A DNA stretch of 64,000 nucleotides from an uncultured Chloroflexia bacterium (GCA_963816675.1 CAWFLS010000003.1:100815-164814), one strand, 5' to 3'. Positions 21,916 to 34,868 are shown, counted from the stretch's first letter. Notes: generated from the letters alone by a model not told the origin. Numbers and translations are program-made.

Positions 21916-22820
21916 CAGGTTCGTTTCGCGCCAGTCGGTGACGACCGTCGGGTATCCGGCGTCGCGTGCCCAGACGAGCACCGCCTCGCCGAGCGCGCGC
22001 CCGGCACCGAGCCCGCGTGCCTCTGGCAACACGGCCGCGAAGCCGAGGAATCCGGCGTTCGCTGGCCGGACGATGCCGCGGTGCTCTGACGAGACGTCGA
22101 TCGAGCAGCCGATCGCGGCACCGACCACACGTCCCGGCCGATCTCGGCGACGAACGTCGGCATAGGCCGGGTCGTCGAAACCCTCCTCCCATTCCGCGAT
22201 CTCGGCTTCGAGCGTCGGGAGCTCGATCATGGAGAAGACCGGTGAGCGCGACCTGGTGCTCGGCGAGGGACGAGACCGACACGAGCCGAGCACCGGGATG
22301 TCAGCGGCGTTCGGCGCGGCGGACGAGGATGCCGTCCGGCGGCGCGACCACGTCGCCGACCGCGGCAGGACCGCGGATCCCGTGCGTGTGCTGGATACCG
22401 AAACCTGAGCCGGAACCAGGCATCGAGGAGCGCTCGCGTCGCTCGCGGGCACGATGACCGAATGCCGGACGACCCCGGCCTCGACCCACGGACGCGCCAG
22501 ATAGCCGTAGAGGTCGCGGATCACCTCCGGCTCCGAGGCGGCGTGGCCGGCGCCCTCGACCCACATGTTCGGGCCCCACCGCTCGCCGCGCGGCGCGCCG
22601 ATGACGTAGCCGACCACGTCGTCGCCGCGTACCGCGATCGCACCTTCGGCGCGGTCCCGGGCGAGCAACCTCCTCGATCTCGCGACGCGGCCGCGGCGGG
22701 ATCCTCGAAGCGAGCGTCGAGCTCGGGAACGACCGTCCGCTGCGCCCGATGCCGATCGGCGAGCAGCCGCGCCGCCGCGTCGAGGGCGTCGTCGACGTGG
22801 AAGGGCAGGATCGAGATCAC
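21844..22820 (-). CDS. GNAT-family N-acetyltransferase, probably two-domain, with frameshifts
   Basis: The C-terminal GNAT domain reads VVGAAIGCS..GFLGFAAVLPEARGLGAGRALGEAVLVWARDAGYPTVVTDWRETNLLSSRAWPRLGF. The N-terminal part MISILPFHVDDALDAAARLLA... is in ORF 22521-22820. Confidence 0.55.
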
Positions 22821-22939
22821 GTCCCGGCCGCTCCGTCATGCCGGCGCGCTCGCCGTCGATCCACGTCCCGGCACGCATCACGCGACGCACGTGCGAGGTC
22901 ATCGTCGAGCTCGACGAGGTCCGCCCGACGGCCGACCGC

Positions 22940-23979
22940 GATCACGCCCGCGATCCATGGCGCCCGATCAGTGACGCCGGGTTCGCACTCGCAGCCGCCA
23001 CGGCAGTCGGGCAGCGTGATACCGGCCGCGACGAGGTTCCGCACGGCCGAGTCAAGGGCGATGACCGATCCGGCGAGCGTCGTCGTTCCGGCCAGGGTCG
23101 CTCGGCCGTCGATGACCTCGACCTCGAGCCCACCGACCCGCGTCCGCCCGTCGCCCGTCCCGGCAAGCGACAGGGCGTCGCTGACGAGCATCAGCCGGTC
23201 GCGCGGTTTGAGCCGGGCGATGAGCGGCCACAGCGCCGGGTGGACGTGGTGACCGTCGGCGATCAGCTCGACGAAGACGTCGTCCGCTTCGAGCGCCGCG
23301 ACCGCGAGACCCGGGCGATCGGTGCTCGATGTCCGGTCATCGCGTTGAAGAGGTGGGTCGTCGATCGTGCCCCGCGCGCATACCCGGTACGGGCGGCGTC
23401 GAGGTCGGCCGCGGAGTGCCCGAGCGAGACCGCGACGCCGCGCGCGAGCGAGACGTTCGATGAGCTCGGGCGCACCCGGCAGCTCGGGCGCGATCGTCAT
23501 CACCGCGAGACCGTCGGCCACGCCGCTCGATCCACGCGTCGGGTACGTCCGCCGGCGCCACGAGGTGTGCCGGTCGTGTGCGCCTCGTCGCGCGTTCGAG
23601 AGGAGCGGACCCTCGAGATTGAAGCCGAGTGGCTCGGCGCCGTCGGCGGCGCCGCCGGCCGCCATGCCCGGACCCGGTCGGCGAATCGTTCGAGGACATC
23701 AAGCGGAGCTGTGACGGCGGTCGGCAGGAACGAGGTCACTCCCCGCCTCAGCGAGTGCACGAGCCATGCCGTCGAGGGCCGCCTCGTCGCCCATGGCGTC
23801 GTGGCCGCCCCAGCCGTGAACGTGGATGTCGACGAAGCCCGGAGCGAACAGGGGACCGGCGTCGATCGAGGGCCGGATCCAGCTCGACGGCGTCGATCCG
23901 GCCGTCGAGCGACCGAGATCCGGCCGCCGGCGACGGCATCCGCGAGCACGAGCCGGCCGGTGAGGACCTCGGCCGTCAT
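22940..23979 (-). CDS. nagA: N-acetylglucosamine-6-phosphate deacetylase, with at least four apparent frameshifts
   Basis: The fragments read [21 protein letters not shown]; [13 protein letters not shown]; [10 protein letters not shown]; [33 protein letters not shown]; [22 protein letters not shown]; and [14 protein letters not shown]. They are spread over ORFs 23500-24486, 23748-23939, 22817-23665, 23263-23475 and 22942-23166. Confidence 0.7.
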
Positions 23980-23987
23980 GCGGGCCC

Positions 23988-24937
23988 TCACGCGAGGCCT
24001 GCCTGCTCGGCGCCGTGGATCGCCGCGCCGATCGAGCCGGCCCACGTCCCGAGCTCGGCCGGGACGAGCGTCGACGGCCGCCAGATCCGTGGTCCGGACG
24101 CGCCGGCCGAGCTCGGCCCGGATCGGCTCGAACAGCACGTCACCGGCCGCCGCGACGCCGCCACCGATGACCACGCGATCGGGCGAGACGACCACGATCA
24201 TGTTCGCGATGCCGATCCCGAGCCAGCGACCGATCTCGGCCAGCCCGGCCAGCGCCCGCGCGTCGCCGGCGCGGGCCGCAGCGACGGCATCCTCGGGCGT
24301 CGCCGTGCCGCACGCGGCAGCGAAACGGTCCGCCCGGACGAACGCTTCGAGGCAGCCGTGATTGCCGCAGCCGCAATCGGGCCCGTCCGGATCGAGCGTC
24401 TGATGACCGAGCTCGCCCGCACTCCCGTCATGCCCGAGGACGACGCGGCCGTCGATCGGCGATGACGCCACCGACGCCGGTGCCAAGGATCAGGCCCGAC
24501 CATCGAAGCGACGCCCCGACCGGCGCCGAGACGAAGCTCGGCGAGTCCGAACGCCCGGGCATCGTTGATGAGCGCGACCGGGATCCCGAGCGCCGCCCCG
24601 ACGCGCGGCCCGACCGGCTGGTCGGCCCAGCCGCCTGGCAGGTTCGACGAGGAACCTGGTCCGGCCGGTCGCAGGGTCGTAGAGCCCCGGGACCCCGATA
24701 CCGACGGACCGCGATCGACGGCCACCGCGCGACGGCGGCCTCCCGAGCCCGATCAGCCGCTCGATGACGGCGTCGGGACCATCCGAGGCGCGCGTTGGCG
24801 TCTGGCCGTTCCAAGCGATCGCCACTCGCCGTCAGCGACCGTCGGCGCCGCCGTCGCTGTCCAGGTGCTCCACCACGGACCACTTCAGGTTCGTTCGCCC
24901 CGAGGTCGATCCCGAGATGGACGGTCGCGTCCGTCAT
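23988..24937 (-). CDS. ROK-family sugar kinase, with several apparent frameshifts
   Basis: The fragments read [13 protein letters not shown]; [11 protein letters not shown]; [36 protein letters not shown]; and the ROK zinc motif [24 protein letters not shown]. They are in ORFs 24428-24937, 24490-24825, 24198-24725 and 23500-24486. Confidence 0.7.
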
Positions 24938-24949
24938 CGCCGGTCGGTG

Positions 24950-25970
24950 TCGCCCAGATACGAAGCCAGGTCACGACTCGCCGGTCACCCGCGTGTACGC
25001 GGCCGCGACGGCGACGATGATCGCCCCGAACAGGATCTGGCGGACCGCTTCGGGGGCGTGCATCGCGACGAGGAGCGATCGCGACGACCGTCAGGATCAG
25101 GGCACCGACGATCGTCCCCGAGTAGCCGCCGCGTCCGCCAAGGATCGATGTCCCGCCGATGACCGCGGCGGCGACCGACGGCAGGACGAACTCGGCGACG
25201 AGCGACACGCTCGCGGTCTGGACGAGACCGGCGATGAGGAAGCCGGCGAGCGCGGCAAGGAGCGCCGACAGCGACGTACAGGGCCACGAGGACCTGCCAC
25301 ACGCGGACCCCGGATAGCCGGGCCGCGACGGGGTTGTCGCCGACCGCGAACAGGAGCCGTCCGAACCCGCTGTACCGGAGTCCGAGGATGATGACGGCGG
25401 CGAGCGGCACGAACACGAGCAGGTTGTTCGGCAGCGAACTCGAGCGTCGTTTCCGAGCTCAGCCACAGGACGAAGTCGGGGATCTCGGTCCCCGTCTGGA
25501 CGACCGTGAGCTGATAGACGGTCATCAGCCCCAGGATCACGAGCGTCATGCCGAGGGTCATGATCAGCGGGTGGACCTTGAACACGCCGACGCCGATCCC
25601 GTTGACGACGCCGGCCAGTGCACAGGCACCGAGGGCCAGAAGGATCGCGACGATCCCGCCCTGAAGTGGCGTCTGGGTCGCCATGATGAACGCCGCCATC
25701 GAGGCGATCATCCCGACCGACAGGTCGATGCCGCCGGTCAGCATCGTCAGCGTCTGGCAGGCCGCCAGGATCGCCAGCGGAACCGCGGCCCGGATACCGA
25801 CGCCGATCCAGTCCGGGACTCACGGTCCCCGGCTGGACGATCTCGAGGACCGCGACGAGGACGATGAGCAGGCCGCTGAGCGGCACGAGCGGTCGATCGC
25901 GGAACAGGCGGCGCCAGCCGTCCAGCGTCAGCCACGGATTCCGAGCCGGGGCACGGGGCCGCGGCGGCAT
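24950..25970 (-). CDS. ABC transporter permease (RbsC/monosaccharide type), with frameshifts
   Basis: MLTGGIDLSVGMIASMAAFIMA is the permease signature. Hydrophobic helices are spread over ORFs 24885-25970, 25097-25744 and 24985-25416. Confidence 0.65.
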
Positions 25971-25976
25971 TGCTGG

Positions 25977-26981
25977 TCATGCTCGACTCTTTCGCATGGC
26001 GACCACGCTGCCGAACATGACGACGCCGATGAGGATCGCGCCCTGGAGCACGGTCGCGAGGTTCGGCGGGATCTTCAGCAGCGTCATGTCGGTCTGGACG
26101 AGGGCGAGGATGAAGACCGCGAGGATCGGGCCGGCCACGCCGCCACGACCACCCGCGAGGCTCACGCCACCGAGGACGATCGCGGCAACGCCGAGCAGCG
26201 TGTAGTTTCCCGGGACCGGTGTCCCGATGCCGGTCGTCGCCGGTCAGCGCCAGCCCGCCGAACGCCGCGAAGAGTCCGGTCAGGGCATACGCGATGACCT
26301 TCGTCCGGCCGATGGCGACGCCGCTCCTGAATGCGGAAAGACGGTTGCTTCCGACCGCGTACAGCGCGAGGCCCGGTGCGTGACCGGCGGAGCGGGATCC
26401 AGACGGCGGCGACGACGACCACGAGGACGACGAGCGCCTGCGGGACCCAGTCACTGCCGATCGAACCCCTCATCAAGCCCTTCAGCCACTCCGCGGAGCC
26501 GCCACCGGGCGTGTTGAGGACGAGCAGCGTGGCCCCGGCCCACACGAACGACATGGCGAGGGTGACGACGATGTCGGGCACGCGGGTGATGACGACGAGC
26601 ACGCCGTTGATCGCACCGATGAGAAGGCCGAGGACGATGATCGCGACGACGACGCCGACGGCGGTGACCTCCGATTGACCCTGCATGAGGACGGCCGCGG
26701 TCACGCTCGTGAGCGCCATCATCGGCCCGACGGAGAGGTCGATGCCTCCCGAGATGACGACGATCGCCTGGGCGACAGCGGCCATCGCGAGCGGCAGAGC
26801 ACCGATCGCAAGGCCCTGGATGTCGGCGGCGCCGTACGTCGGCTGGATCAGGATCGTGATCGCGAGGAAGGCGGCCAGCAAGCCGACGAGACCGAGCGTC
26901 CAGCTGTTGCGGCGGGCCCATCGGAGCGCATCGGTCTGGCGCGGACGGGCCGCCGGCTCCGACGGCCGCAGCGACGGTCAT
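25977..26981 (-). CDS. ABC transporter permease (RbsC-type), with frameshifts
   Basis: ORF 26162-26881 contains VVISGGIDLSVGPMMALTSVTAAVLMQ. ORF 25747-26454 contains LALYAVGSNRLSAFRSGV. The C-terminus is ORF 25977-26165. The start overlaps the ATPase stop (ATGA). Confidence 0.65.
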
Positions 26982-28567
26982 CTGAGCACGACCGGGGCAG
27001 TGGTGACGCCGGCCGCCGGCCGCGCCGGTGCTTCTTCGCCGGCGATCACCGTCGCTGCGACCTCTTCGGGCATCGGGGCGTCGGGCGGCAGGTCGTAGGC
27101 GGCACGGAGGAGCGTCGGCTCGTCGGCGTCCTCGATGGCGATCTCGGCGACGACTCGTCCAGCCGAAGATCACGATCGCCCGGTCGCAGGCAAGCTGGAT
27201 CTCCTTGAGCTCGGAGGTGTAGAGCAGGACGGCCGCGCCGTCGGCGGCGAGGTCGCGCAGGAGCTGGTAGATCTGATGCTTGGTGCCGATGTCGATGCCG
27301 CGGGTCGGGTCGAAGCAGAGGAGCGTCCGGACGCCGCCGGCGACCCAGCGGGCGATCGTCACCTTCTGCTGATTGCCGCCGGACAGTCGTCGGACCTCGG
27401 CGGCGGCGCGCGTGTCGATCTGCAGCTGCTCGGTCGCGCCCGGCGACACGCCGCTGCTCGAGGCCGAGGTTGATCGGGCCCCACGACCGCAACGACGCGG
27501 TGAACGGCAGCGCGATGTTCTCGCGGACGGACCGCTGCATCAGCAACGCCTCGGCGCGATCGGCGGGCACGTAGACGAGCCCTGCCCGAATGGCATCGGC
27601 GGGATGGCGGAACGAGACCGCGGTGTCGTCGACAAGCACGTCGCCACCCGCCGGCCGGTCGGAGCCGGCCAGGATGTCGAAGAGCTCGTCCTGGCCCTGC
27701 CCCTCGAGGGCGACGATGCCGAGCACCTCGCCGGCGCGAAGCTCGAAGGAGACATCCTTCAGTCGTGTCCCGGCGCGGAGGCCGCGGACGGCCAGCCGAG
27801 GTGTCGCCGAAGCCGCGCGGCAAGCCGGCGCTCGATGCCGCACGGGCCGCACGCTCCTCGGCGACGCTGCGTCTCCTCGCCGAGCATCAGCGCGACGATG
27901 TGGTTCTCGGATCCCTCGGTCACGTCGACGACGCCGACCGTCTCGCCCTCGCGCAGGACCGTGGCCCGGTCGCACACGGCGGCGATCTCGATGAGTCGGT
28001 GGGAGATGAAGATGATGCTGCGGTCCGAGCCGCTCTGGTCGCGCGATGACCTCGAGGACTCGTTCGGTGAGGTCTGCCGGCAGCGCGGCGGTCATCTCGT
28101 CGAGCAGCAGGACGTGCGGTTCGATCGAGAGCGCGCGCGCCAGGTCGATGACCCGCAGCGTGGCGAGGGGCAGGTCACGGGCGAGGTCTGCGAGGTCGAG
28201 ATCCGGGATCCCGAGCTCGGCCAGCCAATGGCGGAATGGCTCGACCGGGCGTCCCGTCAACCGCAGGTTCGAGGCGATGTCGAGGTCGGGGACGAGCGAC
28301 GGTTCCTGGTAGACCGAGACGACACCGGCCGCCCGTGCCGCAGCGGGTGAGCGGGCGACGTACGGCTTGCCGTGGATGACGACGGTGCCGGCATCGGGGG
28401 CGATGGCGCCGGTGAGGACCTTGACGAGGGTGCTCTTGCCGGCGCCGTTGGCGCCCATCAGCGCGTGGACCTCGCCGGGCCGCACGGCGAGCGACGCCGA
28501 CCGGAGCGCCGTGACCGCGCCGTAGCGACTTTGCTACCCCGCTCGCCTCGAGCAGCAGCTCCGTCAT
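26978..28567 (-). CDS. Sugar ABC transporter ATP-binding protein with two fused nucleotide-binding domains, with frameshifts
   Basis: The first Walker A is GEVHALMGANGAGKSTLVK, the ABC signature is near LLLDEMTAAL, and the second domain reads FELRAGEVLGIVALEGQGQDELF...LSGGNQQKVTIARW...LLYTSELKEIQLACDRAIV. The N-terminus MTELLLEASGV lies at the tail of the SBP-frame ORF. Confidence 0.8.
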
Positions 28568-28668
28568 CTCGTGTTCAGACCCCTGGCTGGCATGGGCCGG
28601 CAGTGTCGCACGGGGATGCCGGCCGAAACCGACATCCCCGCGACGTTGACGACGATGGATGGCTGGGC

Positions 28669-29797
28669 TCAGCTCTCGCCGGGGCCCTTGCAGGCGATGA
28701 GCTGGTCCTTCGAGTACGTGGTCCAATCCTTGATCGTGAGCCCGAGGGGCCACGTCTTCGGAAGCTTCGGGATCTGCTGCGGCCGTGAGCGCAGCCTTGC
28801 CCTCGGGGGTGTCATTGCCCCAGATCTCGGGCGTGACGTGGACCGTCGTGCCCTCGGGCTTCTTGCCGTCGAGGATCTGGGTCGCGAGAACGACGCCGGC
28901 GCCCGCGACGGCCGACGGGTTGGTCACCGCGGCGCCCTTGAGGCCCGGCTCATTGAGGAGCTGCTGGACGAAGCCGGCGTTGTCGGCCCCGACGATCGGC
29001 ACGAAGTCGTGCTTGGCGGTCTTGAGCGCGTCGACGATGACGTTGTCGATGCCCGACGTCCAGATGCCGTCGAACTTGGTGCCGCTGCTCATGATCTCGT
29101 TGATCTGCGAGACAGCGGTCGGCTGATCCCACTTGGTCACGGTCTCCTTGGCGACCGTGATGTCCTGGTACTCGGCGAGTGCCTTCTTGAAGCCCTTGTC
29201 ACGGTCGGTGTCGGCCGGGTGGCCGGCGATGCCGCGCATGTAGACGACGGCGCCCTTCTTGCCCATCGCCTCGAACAGCCACTTGGCGCCGAGGTAGGCG
29301 TACTGCTCCTGGTCGTTCGACAGGTTGTAGGCACCGGGCGCAGTCACGGACGCGTCGACCGCGATGACCGGGATGCCGGCCGCGATCGCGTCGGCGATGG
29401 CCGGGTTGAGCGCATCCGGGCTGTTCGGATTGACGATGATCGCGTTCACCTTGGCCGCGATCAGGTTGCGGATGTCGGTGAGCTGGCCGGCCGCGTCCAC
29501 GTCGTGGTGGATGGCGTTGACCGTCGAGACCTTGCCGGACGACGCCGCCTCGGCCTTGACCGAGCAGAGGGCCGACTCGCGCCAGCCGTTGCCCGTGCCG
29601 CCGCCGTTGGCGTATCCGATCGAGTACTTGCCGGCGCCCGCGGCGCCGCCCGATGCGCCGGCCGACGCGCCGGCCGAGGCCGCGCCGCTGGCGCCGCCAC
29701 CTGCCGTCGAGCAGGCTGACGCGACGACGGCGATGGCCGCGAGGCCGATCGCGAGCCCTGCCGCGGAATGAGTGCTTGTCCATCCGTACTCCTCCAT
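28669..29797 (-). CDS. Sugar ABC transporter periplasmic substrate-binding lipoprotein (type I PBP, RbsB-like), with a frameshift near 28830
   Basis: The signal peptide with a lipobox is MEEYGWTSTHSAAGLAIGLAAIAVVASAC. The body is a type I PBP fold (IIVNPNSPDALNPAIADAIAAGIPVIAVD...). The C-terminus LTIKDWTTYSKDQLIACKGPGES* is in another frame. Confidence 0.75.
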
Positions 29798-29869
29798 TGC
29801 GATCGGCGCGACGTCGCGTCGCGCCTCTGCGCGTGACCGTCCCCGAAACCGGGGAGCGAGGAGAATGTG

Positions 29870-30700
29870 TCAGACCTGATCCACCTCCTGCGCGGCGGTC
29901 GCCGGTCCATCGCCCTCTCCTGCGATGACTCGAGCGATGCGCCGCGCGTGTTCCCCGTAAGCGGCATCGAACAGTGCCCGGGAGCGTTCGGCGCCGATGA
30001 CCGATGCCCGGGTGATGACCGGTGGCAAGGCGCCTCGCTCGGCGAGCAGCCGCGCCGTGCGCACCTTGATGGAGTTGACGATCGCGATGGCGGCGATGGA
30101 TGAGCCGGGACCGACCGGCGTGTCGATGCCATCGATGGAGCAGAGCGCGTCGGCGCGGCGGCGTGCAAAGGTCGATGACGAGGTCGGCCTCGTCGACGAG
30201 CCGGCTCGCCGACGCTCGCGTCGGGCGAGTCGGTCGACAGTTGCGCGACGGAGGTTACCGCGACGACGCGCAACCCGCGCCGCGCGGGCGCCGCGGGCCA
30301 TCTCGACCGGCACCGCGGTGGTGCCGCCGGCCGAGAACACGATCAGCATGTCGTGCGGCCCGAAGTGGAAGTTCGACAGGATGACCTCGGCGAGGCCGGG
30401 CATCCGTTCGATCGCCATCGCCTGGCGCTGCCCGTTGGAACCGACGACCTGGGTGTGGAACGTCATCGACAGCTCGACCATCGGGTTGAACCCCGGATAG
30501 GAGCCGTAGCGGGGGAACATCTCCTCGACCGGGATCCGCGAATGGCCGGTCCCGAACAGGTGGACGAGACCGTCGGCGGCGATGGCATCGGCTGCCCAGC
30601 GGCTCGCCTCCTCGATGGCACCTGCCTGGGTCGCCTCGAGACGGTCGAGTACGACGCGAGCTTCGGCCAGCCACTCGAGGGCGGGGGCTTCGGTCGCCGT
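29870..30700 (-). CDS. SIS-domain sugar-phosphate isomerase/deaminase-like protein, with frameshifts
   Basis: [74 protein letters not shown]...MLIVFSAGGTTAVPVEMARGARAAGLRVVAVTSV is a SIS Rossmann-like fold. Confidence 0.6.
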   Translation of the reverse strand, partial: TATEAPALEWLAEARVVLDRLEATQAGAIEEASRWAADAIAADGLVHLFGTGHSRIPVEEMFPRYGSYPGFNPMVELSMTFHTQVVGSNGQRQAMAIERMPGLAEVILSNFHFGPHDMLIVFSAGGTTAVPVEMARGARAARVARRRGNLRRATVDRLARRERRRAGSSTRPTSSSTFARRRADALCSIDGIDTPVGPGSSIAAIAIVNSIKVRTARLLAERGALPPVITRASVIGAERSRALFDAAYGEHARRIARVIAGEGDGPATAAQEVDQV

Positions 30701-31766
30701 CATCGGCCTGCAGAGGCGACAGACGCACCCGCGACCGGTTCCCACCGACCACTCCGCATGGAGCGGTACGCGGCCTCGAGGATGGTGTTGACAGCGAGGC
30801 CGTCGTCGAAGGTCTCGCGTGGCGCGACTCCGCGGCGAAACGCCTCGACCATGTGGCCCATCATCTCGTCGTGCCCGTGGACGTACGTCTCGTTGGGCAC
30901 CGGGAACACCCAGCCGGTGTCGGCGTCGGCCTTCTCGCCGAGATAGCCCGACGGGCTCCTCGATGAAGGCCCGGATCGGCGTCGATGCCATGTCGTTGAT
31001 CGACCCGGCCGGCTGTCCCGGTCAGCTCGAACCGACCCTCGAGGCCGCCCTTGCTCGACCACGACACGTCCATCGTCGCGGCCCGGCCGTCCTCGAACCG
31101 CATGAGCATGACCGCGTTGTCCTCGCCGGTCGTCCGGCCGCGATGGACCAGCGTGTCGCCCCAGGCGAAGGCCTCGCGGACGACCTGGTCCTTTCCGAAG
31201 AGATAGCGGGCTGCCTCGATCCCGTGCGACGCCATGTCGAGCAGTGCACCGCCACCGGACGTCTCGGCATCCCAGAAATGGGCGGCGTGCGGGCCGCTGT
31301 GTCCTTCCCGCGCTCGGAACGTCACCGGCGTACCGATCGCGCCGGACACGACCATCTCGCGCATCCGCATCATCTCCGCGTTGAAGACGGTGTTCTCGAG
31401 GTAGCCGTGCCACGACCCGCCATCGGTGGCGAGCCGGACCATCTCGGTCGCCTCGTCGCGGGTGCGACCGAGCGGCTTCGTGCAGGCGACGCCCTTGCCG
31501 TGGCGCGCGGCCGCGCGGACCGCCTCGACGTGCAGCTCGTTCGGCAGCGAGACGACCACGAGGTCGACGTCCGCGTCGGCGCACACGGCCTCGATCGAGT
31601 CGCTCGTCCGGAGATAGCCGTAGCGGTGCGCGAACGACTCGCGTCGATCGCTGTCGCGGCCATATGCGGCGACGAGGCGCGCCGCGGGCACGTGGCGCAG
31701 CCCCTGCGTGTGGAACTCGGCGATGAACCCCGTGCCGAGCATCCCGATGCCGACCGTGTCGCCCAC
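30700..31766 (-). CDS. Gfo/Idh/MocA-family NAD(P)-dependent oxidoreductase, with a frameshift near 31000
   Basis: The GTG start gives [38 protein letters not shown]...[33 protein letters not shown]. The C-terminus [16 protein letters not shown]...MVEAFRRG... is in the frame of 30700-31584. Confidence 0.75.
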
Positions 31767-31767
31767 C

Positions 31768-32527
31768 TCAGTAGCCGCCTTCGGACCCGCTGGCGGCCGC
31801 CGCGGACGCCTCGCGCGGCATCGACCCGGCCTTCCGGGACCGGAACTCGTCGAGCATCGTCTTCGTCGCCGTCGCGCCGACCCGCGTCACGCCGAGGGCC
31901 ATGACCTCGAGCAGCGCGTCGAGCGTCCGGACGCCGCCGGCCGCCTTGACCTGGACGTGCGGCGATCACCGAACGGCGCATCAGGATCAGGTCCTCGTGC
32001 GTCGCCCCGCTCGGCGCGAACCCCGTCGATGTCTTGACGAAGTCGCCGCCGGCGGCCTCGGTGATGTGGCAGGCGCGGACCTTCTCGTCATCGGTCAGGT
32101 AGGCGTTCTCGAAGATGACCTTGACGATCGCGCCGGGCCGGCAGTGGGCGACTTCGACGACGGCGGCGATGTCGTCGTGGACCTCGGCATCCCGGCCGGA
32201 CTTGAGGGCTCCGATCTGGAGGACCATGTCGAGCTCGAATGCGCCGTCGCCGATGCGCCCGCACGAGCCTCGAACACCTTCGTCACGGTCAGATGGTTCC
32301 CGTGCGGGAAGCCGATCGTGGTGCCGACCGCGACCGACGAGGTCCGTCGAGGATCGCCGACCGCGCGGCGACGTCGGCCGGCCGGACGCAGACCGACGCC
32401 ACGTCGTACTCGGCGGCCAGCCGGCAGCCGGCCTCGACGAACGCGTCGTCGAGCTCGGGACGGAGCAGCGAATGGTCGATGGTCTTGGCGACATCGCTGT
32501 AGGTCAGGTCGTCGATCGAGAGGGTCA
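31768..32527 (-). CDS. deoC: Deoxyribose-phosphate aldolase (class I aldolase), with frameshifts
   Basis: The N-terminus reads [53 protein letters not shown]. The active-site region reads [49 protein letters not shown]. The C-terminus reads [20 protein letters not shown]...GGY*. Confidence 0.75.
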
Positions 32528-32532
32528 TCGGC

Positions 32533-33475
32533 TCACTTGATGTACGGGCGGAGGACGTCGCGGGCGAGCAGGAAGCCGCGCTTGATGAGGTCGTCGGTCT
32601 TCTCGAAGTCGCGGTCCTCGTGCTCGATGATGACGTCGCCGTCATAGCCGGTTCGCCACAGCGCGCCGAACAAACGGTCCCATTCGACGTCGCCGAGCCC
32701 GGGCAGGCGCGGGACCTGCCAGCCGATGCCCATCGAGAAGACGCCCCGCTCGTAGAGGCCCTCGCGGTCGATGTAGCAGGTCCTTGGCCTGGACATGGAG
32801 GATGTGCGGCCCGAACTCGGCGATGAACCGGGGGATGTCGATCATCTGGAGGATCAGGTGCGACGGGTCGAAGTTGAGCCCGATCGTGCCGCCCCATTGC
32901 TCGAGGATGCGACGCCACATCCGCGGCGACGTCGCGATGTTGTGGCCGCCGGGCCACTCGTCGTAGCTGAATAGCATCGGGCAGTTCTCGATGGTGATCT
33001 TGCGCCCGTGATCGTTGGCGAACGCGACGATGTCGGGCCACACCTGGAGCGCCTCGGCCCAGTTGTCGTCCTGGTTCTTCGCACCGTCGGCGCCCATGAA
33101 GGTGTTGACCAGCGGCAGGTCCATCTTCTCGGCGGCGGTGATGACGTGCTTCAGGTGGCCGATGACCTCGGCCCGGTGCTCGGGATCGGGGTGCAGCGGG
33201 TTGGGGTAGTAGCCGAGGCCCGAGATCGTCAGGCCCTTGCCCTCGATCTCCGCGCGGAGGTCGCGTGCCTGGTCGGCCGACAGGTTCGCGACGTCGATGT
33301 GCGAGGTGCCCGCGTATCGCCGAGCCGGGCCGGTCGAGCGCGGCCAGCAGGCGATCTCGATGCTCTCGAAGCCGTTGGCAGCGGTCCAGTCGACGACGTC
33401 GGCGAGCGGTGTCTCCGGGAACGGCGCGGTGAGCAGCCCGAGCCTCACGGATGCCGCCTCCGACGACCGGGTCAT
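32533..33475 (-). CDS. Sugar phosphate isomerase/epimerase (xylose-isomerase-like TIM barrel), with a frameshift near 32790
   Basis: It reads MTRSSEAASVRLGLLTAPFPETPLADVVDWTAANGFESIEIACWP...GLGYYPNPLHPDPEHRAEVIGHLKHVITAAEKMDLPLVNTFMGADGAKN. The C-terminus is ORF 32533-32796. Confidence 0.75.
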
Positions 33476-34642
33476 TGACGGGCGACGCGGGGTCCGCGAA
33501 CGACATCGACCCAGCGGCCGAGCCGGGCGCTCGCGGCGATCGCGTCGTTCGACGAGCATCTCGTCGTGGCCGTCGGCGAAGGTCGGGTAGGTCGGCTTCG
33601 GACGACGGCGCGCCGGCGACCACGTCGGCGTAGATCGCTCGGAAGTGGGCGCAGAACGTGTCGAAGAAGCCCTCGACGTGACCGCCGGGGAGAGCGGCGG
33701 CCGCCCGACCGGCCGCGCCGAGCAGCGCGGGGTTCCGGATCAGGATCTCGTTGGCAGCATCCCGGCGGCCGATCCACGCCTGGTCCGGCTGCTCGGAATC
33801 CCACGCCCAGGCGCGATTCCGAGCCATCGATCTCGTACTGGAGCGAGTTCTTCCGCCCGGCGCTGATCTGCGAGACGTTCACGGCTCCCCGAGCGCCGCC
33901 ATCGAACCGAAGGAGGATCGAGGCGGTGTCCTCGGTCGAGATCGGCCGCGGGCGACGGTGTCCGTCGACCGCTCCGTCGCGAACGACTCGACCGGTCCGG
34001 CTGGTTCGTGGCGCGTCTCGATGAACGTCGACAGATCTGCCATGACTGCGGCGACGTGCTGACCGGTCACGAAGGTCATCAGGTCGAGCCAGTGGGAACC
34101 GATGTCTCCGACCGCGCGCAGCGCTCCGCCGCGTTCCGGCTGCGAGCCGCCAGTTCCAGTCGGTGTCGTGGAGCAGCCAGTCCTGGAAGTACCGACCGGT
34201 GACGAGCCGGACCTCGCCGAGACCGCCGCCGGCGACGAGCTCGTGTGCGTGCTGGTTCAGCGGGTAGTAGCGGATGTTGAAGTTCGTGGCGTTGACGAGT
34301 CCCGAGTCCGCGGCCGCGGCGACCAGACGAGCGGAGTCCTCCGCCGTCATCGCCAGAGGCTTCTCGCAGACGACGTGCTTGCCGGCACGCAGGATGGCCA
34401 GCGACTGCTCGACGTGGACGTCGTTGGGCGACGTGACATGGACGACGTCGACGGTGTCGTCCGCAAGGAGGTCGTCGAGCGACGGGTACGCGACACGGAC
34501 ACCGAGCGCGTCGGCGCGGGCTCGCCCTCGCTCGGGCGACGATCCGAGCACGCCGCGCACGGTGACGCCGATCCGTCGCAGCGCCTCCACGTGAACGGTC
34601 CCGATGAACCCGGTTCCGATGACGGCCGCACCGATGTCAGAG
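33472..34642 (-). CDS. Gfo/Idh/MocA-family oxidoreductase, with frameshifts, including one at the start codon region
   Basis: It reads ...ISDIGAAVIGTGFIGTVHVEALRRIGVTVRGVLGSSPERGRARADALGV...DVVHVTSPNDVHVEQSLAILRAGKHVVCEKPLAMTAED. The tail reads AVNVSQISAGRKNSLQYEIDGSES. Confidence 0.7.
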
Positions 34643-34868
34643 ATCCGTTCGCATTAGGCTCCAGGACGATTCTTGTTCGGTTTTCGGGCCGTCGTCTGAT
34701 TCGACGTTGCCTGACGCATCATACTTTGTCCTGTCAAGCGCAAAAGTTAAGGAGCGGCCTGGCGCTCGACCGGTGCTCGATCGTGACGGGTGCACCACAG
34801 CTTCCGCCTCGCATGACGATACTTCGGCGCTTGACACGCATTAATACGATCGGTGGACGTCGAGCAGA

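Noticed and set aside
22838-24361. ORF of 507 aa on the plus strand
   Set aside because: It is antisense to the nagA and ROK kinase genes and has low-complexity R/A/S/P-rich content.
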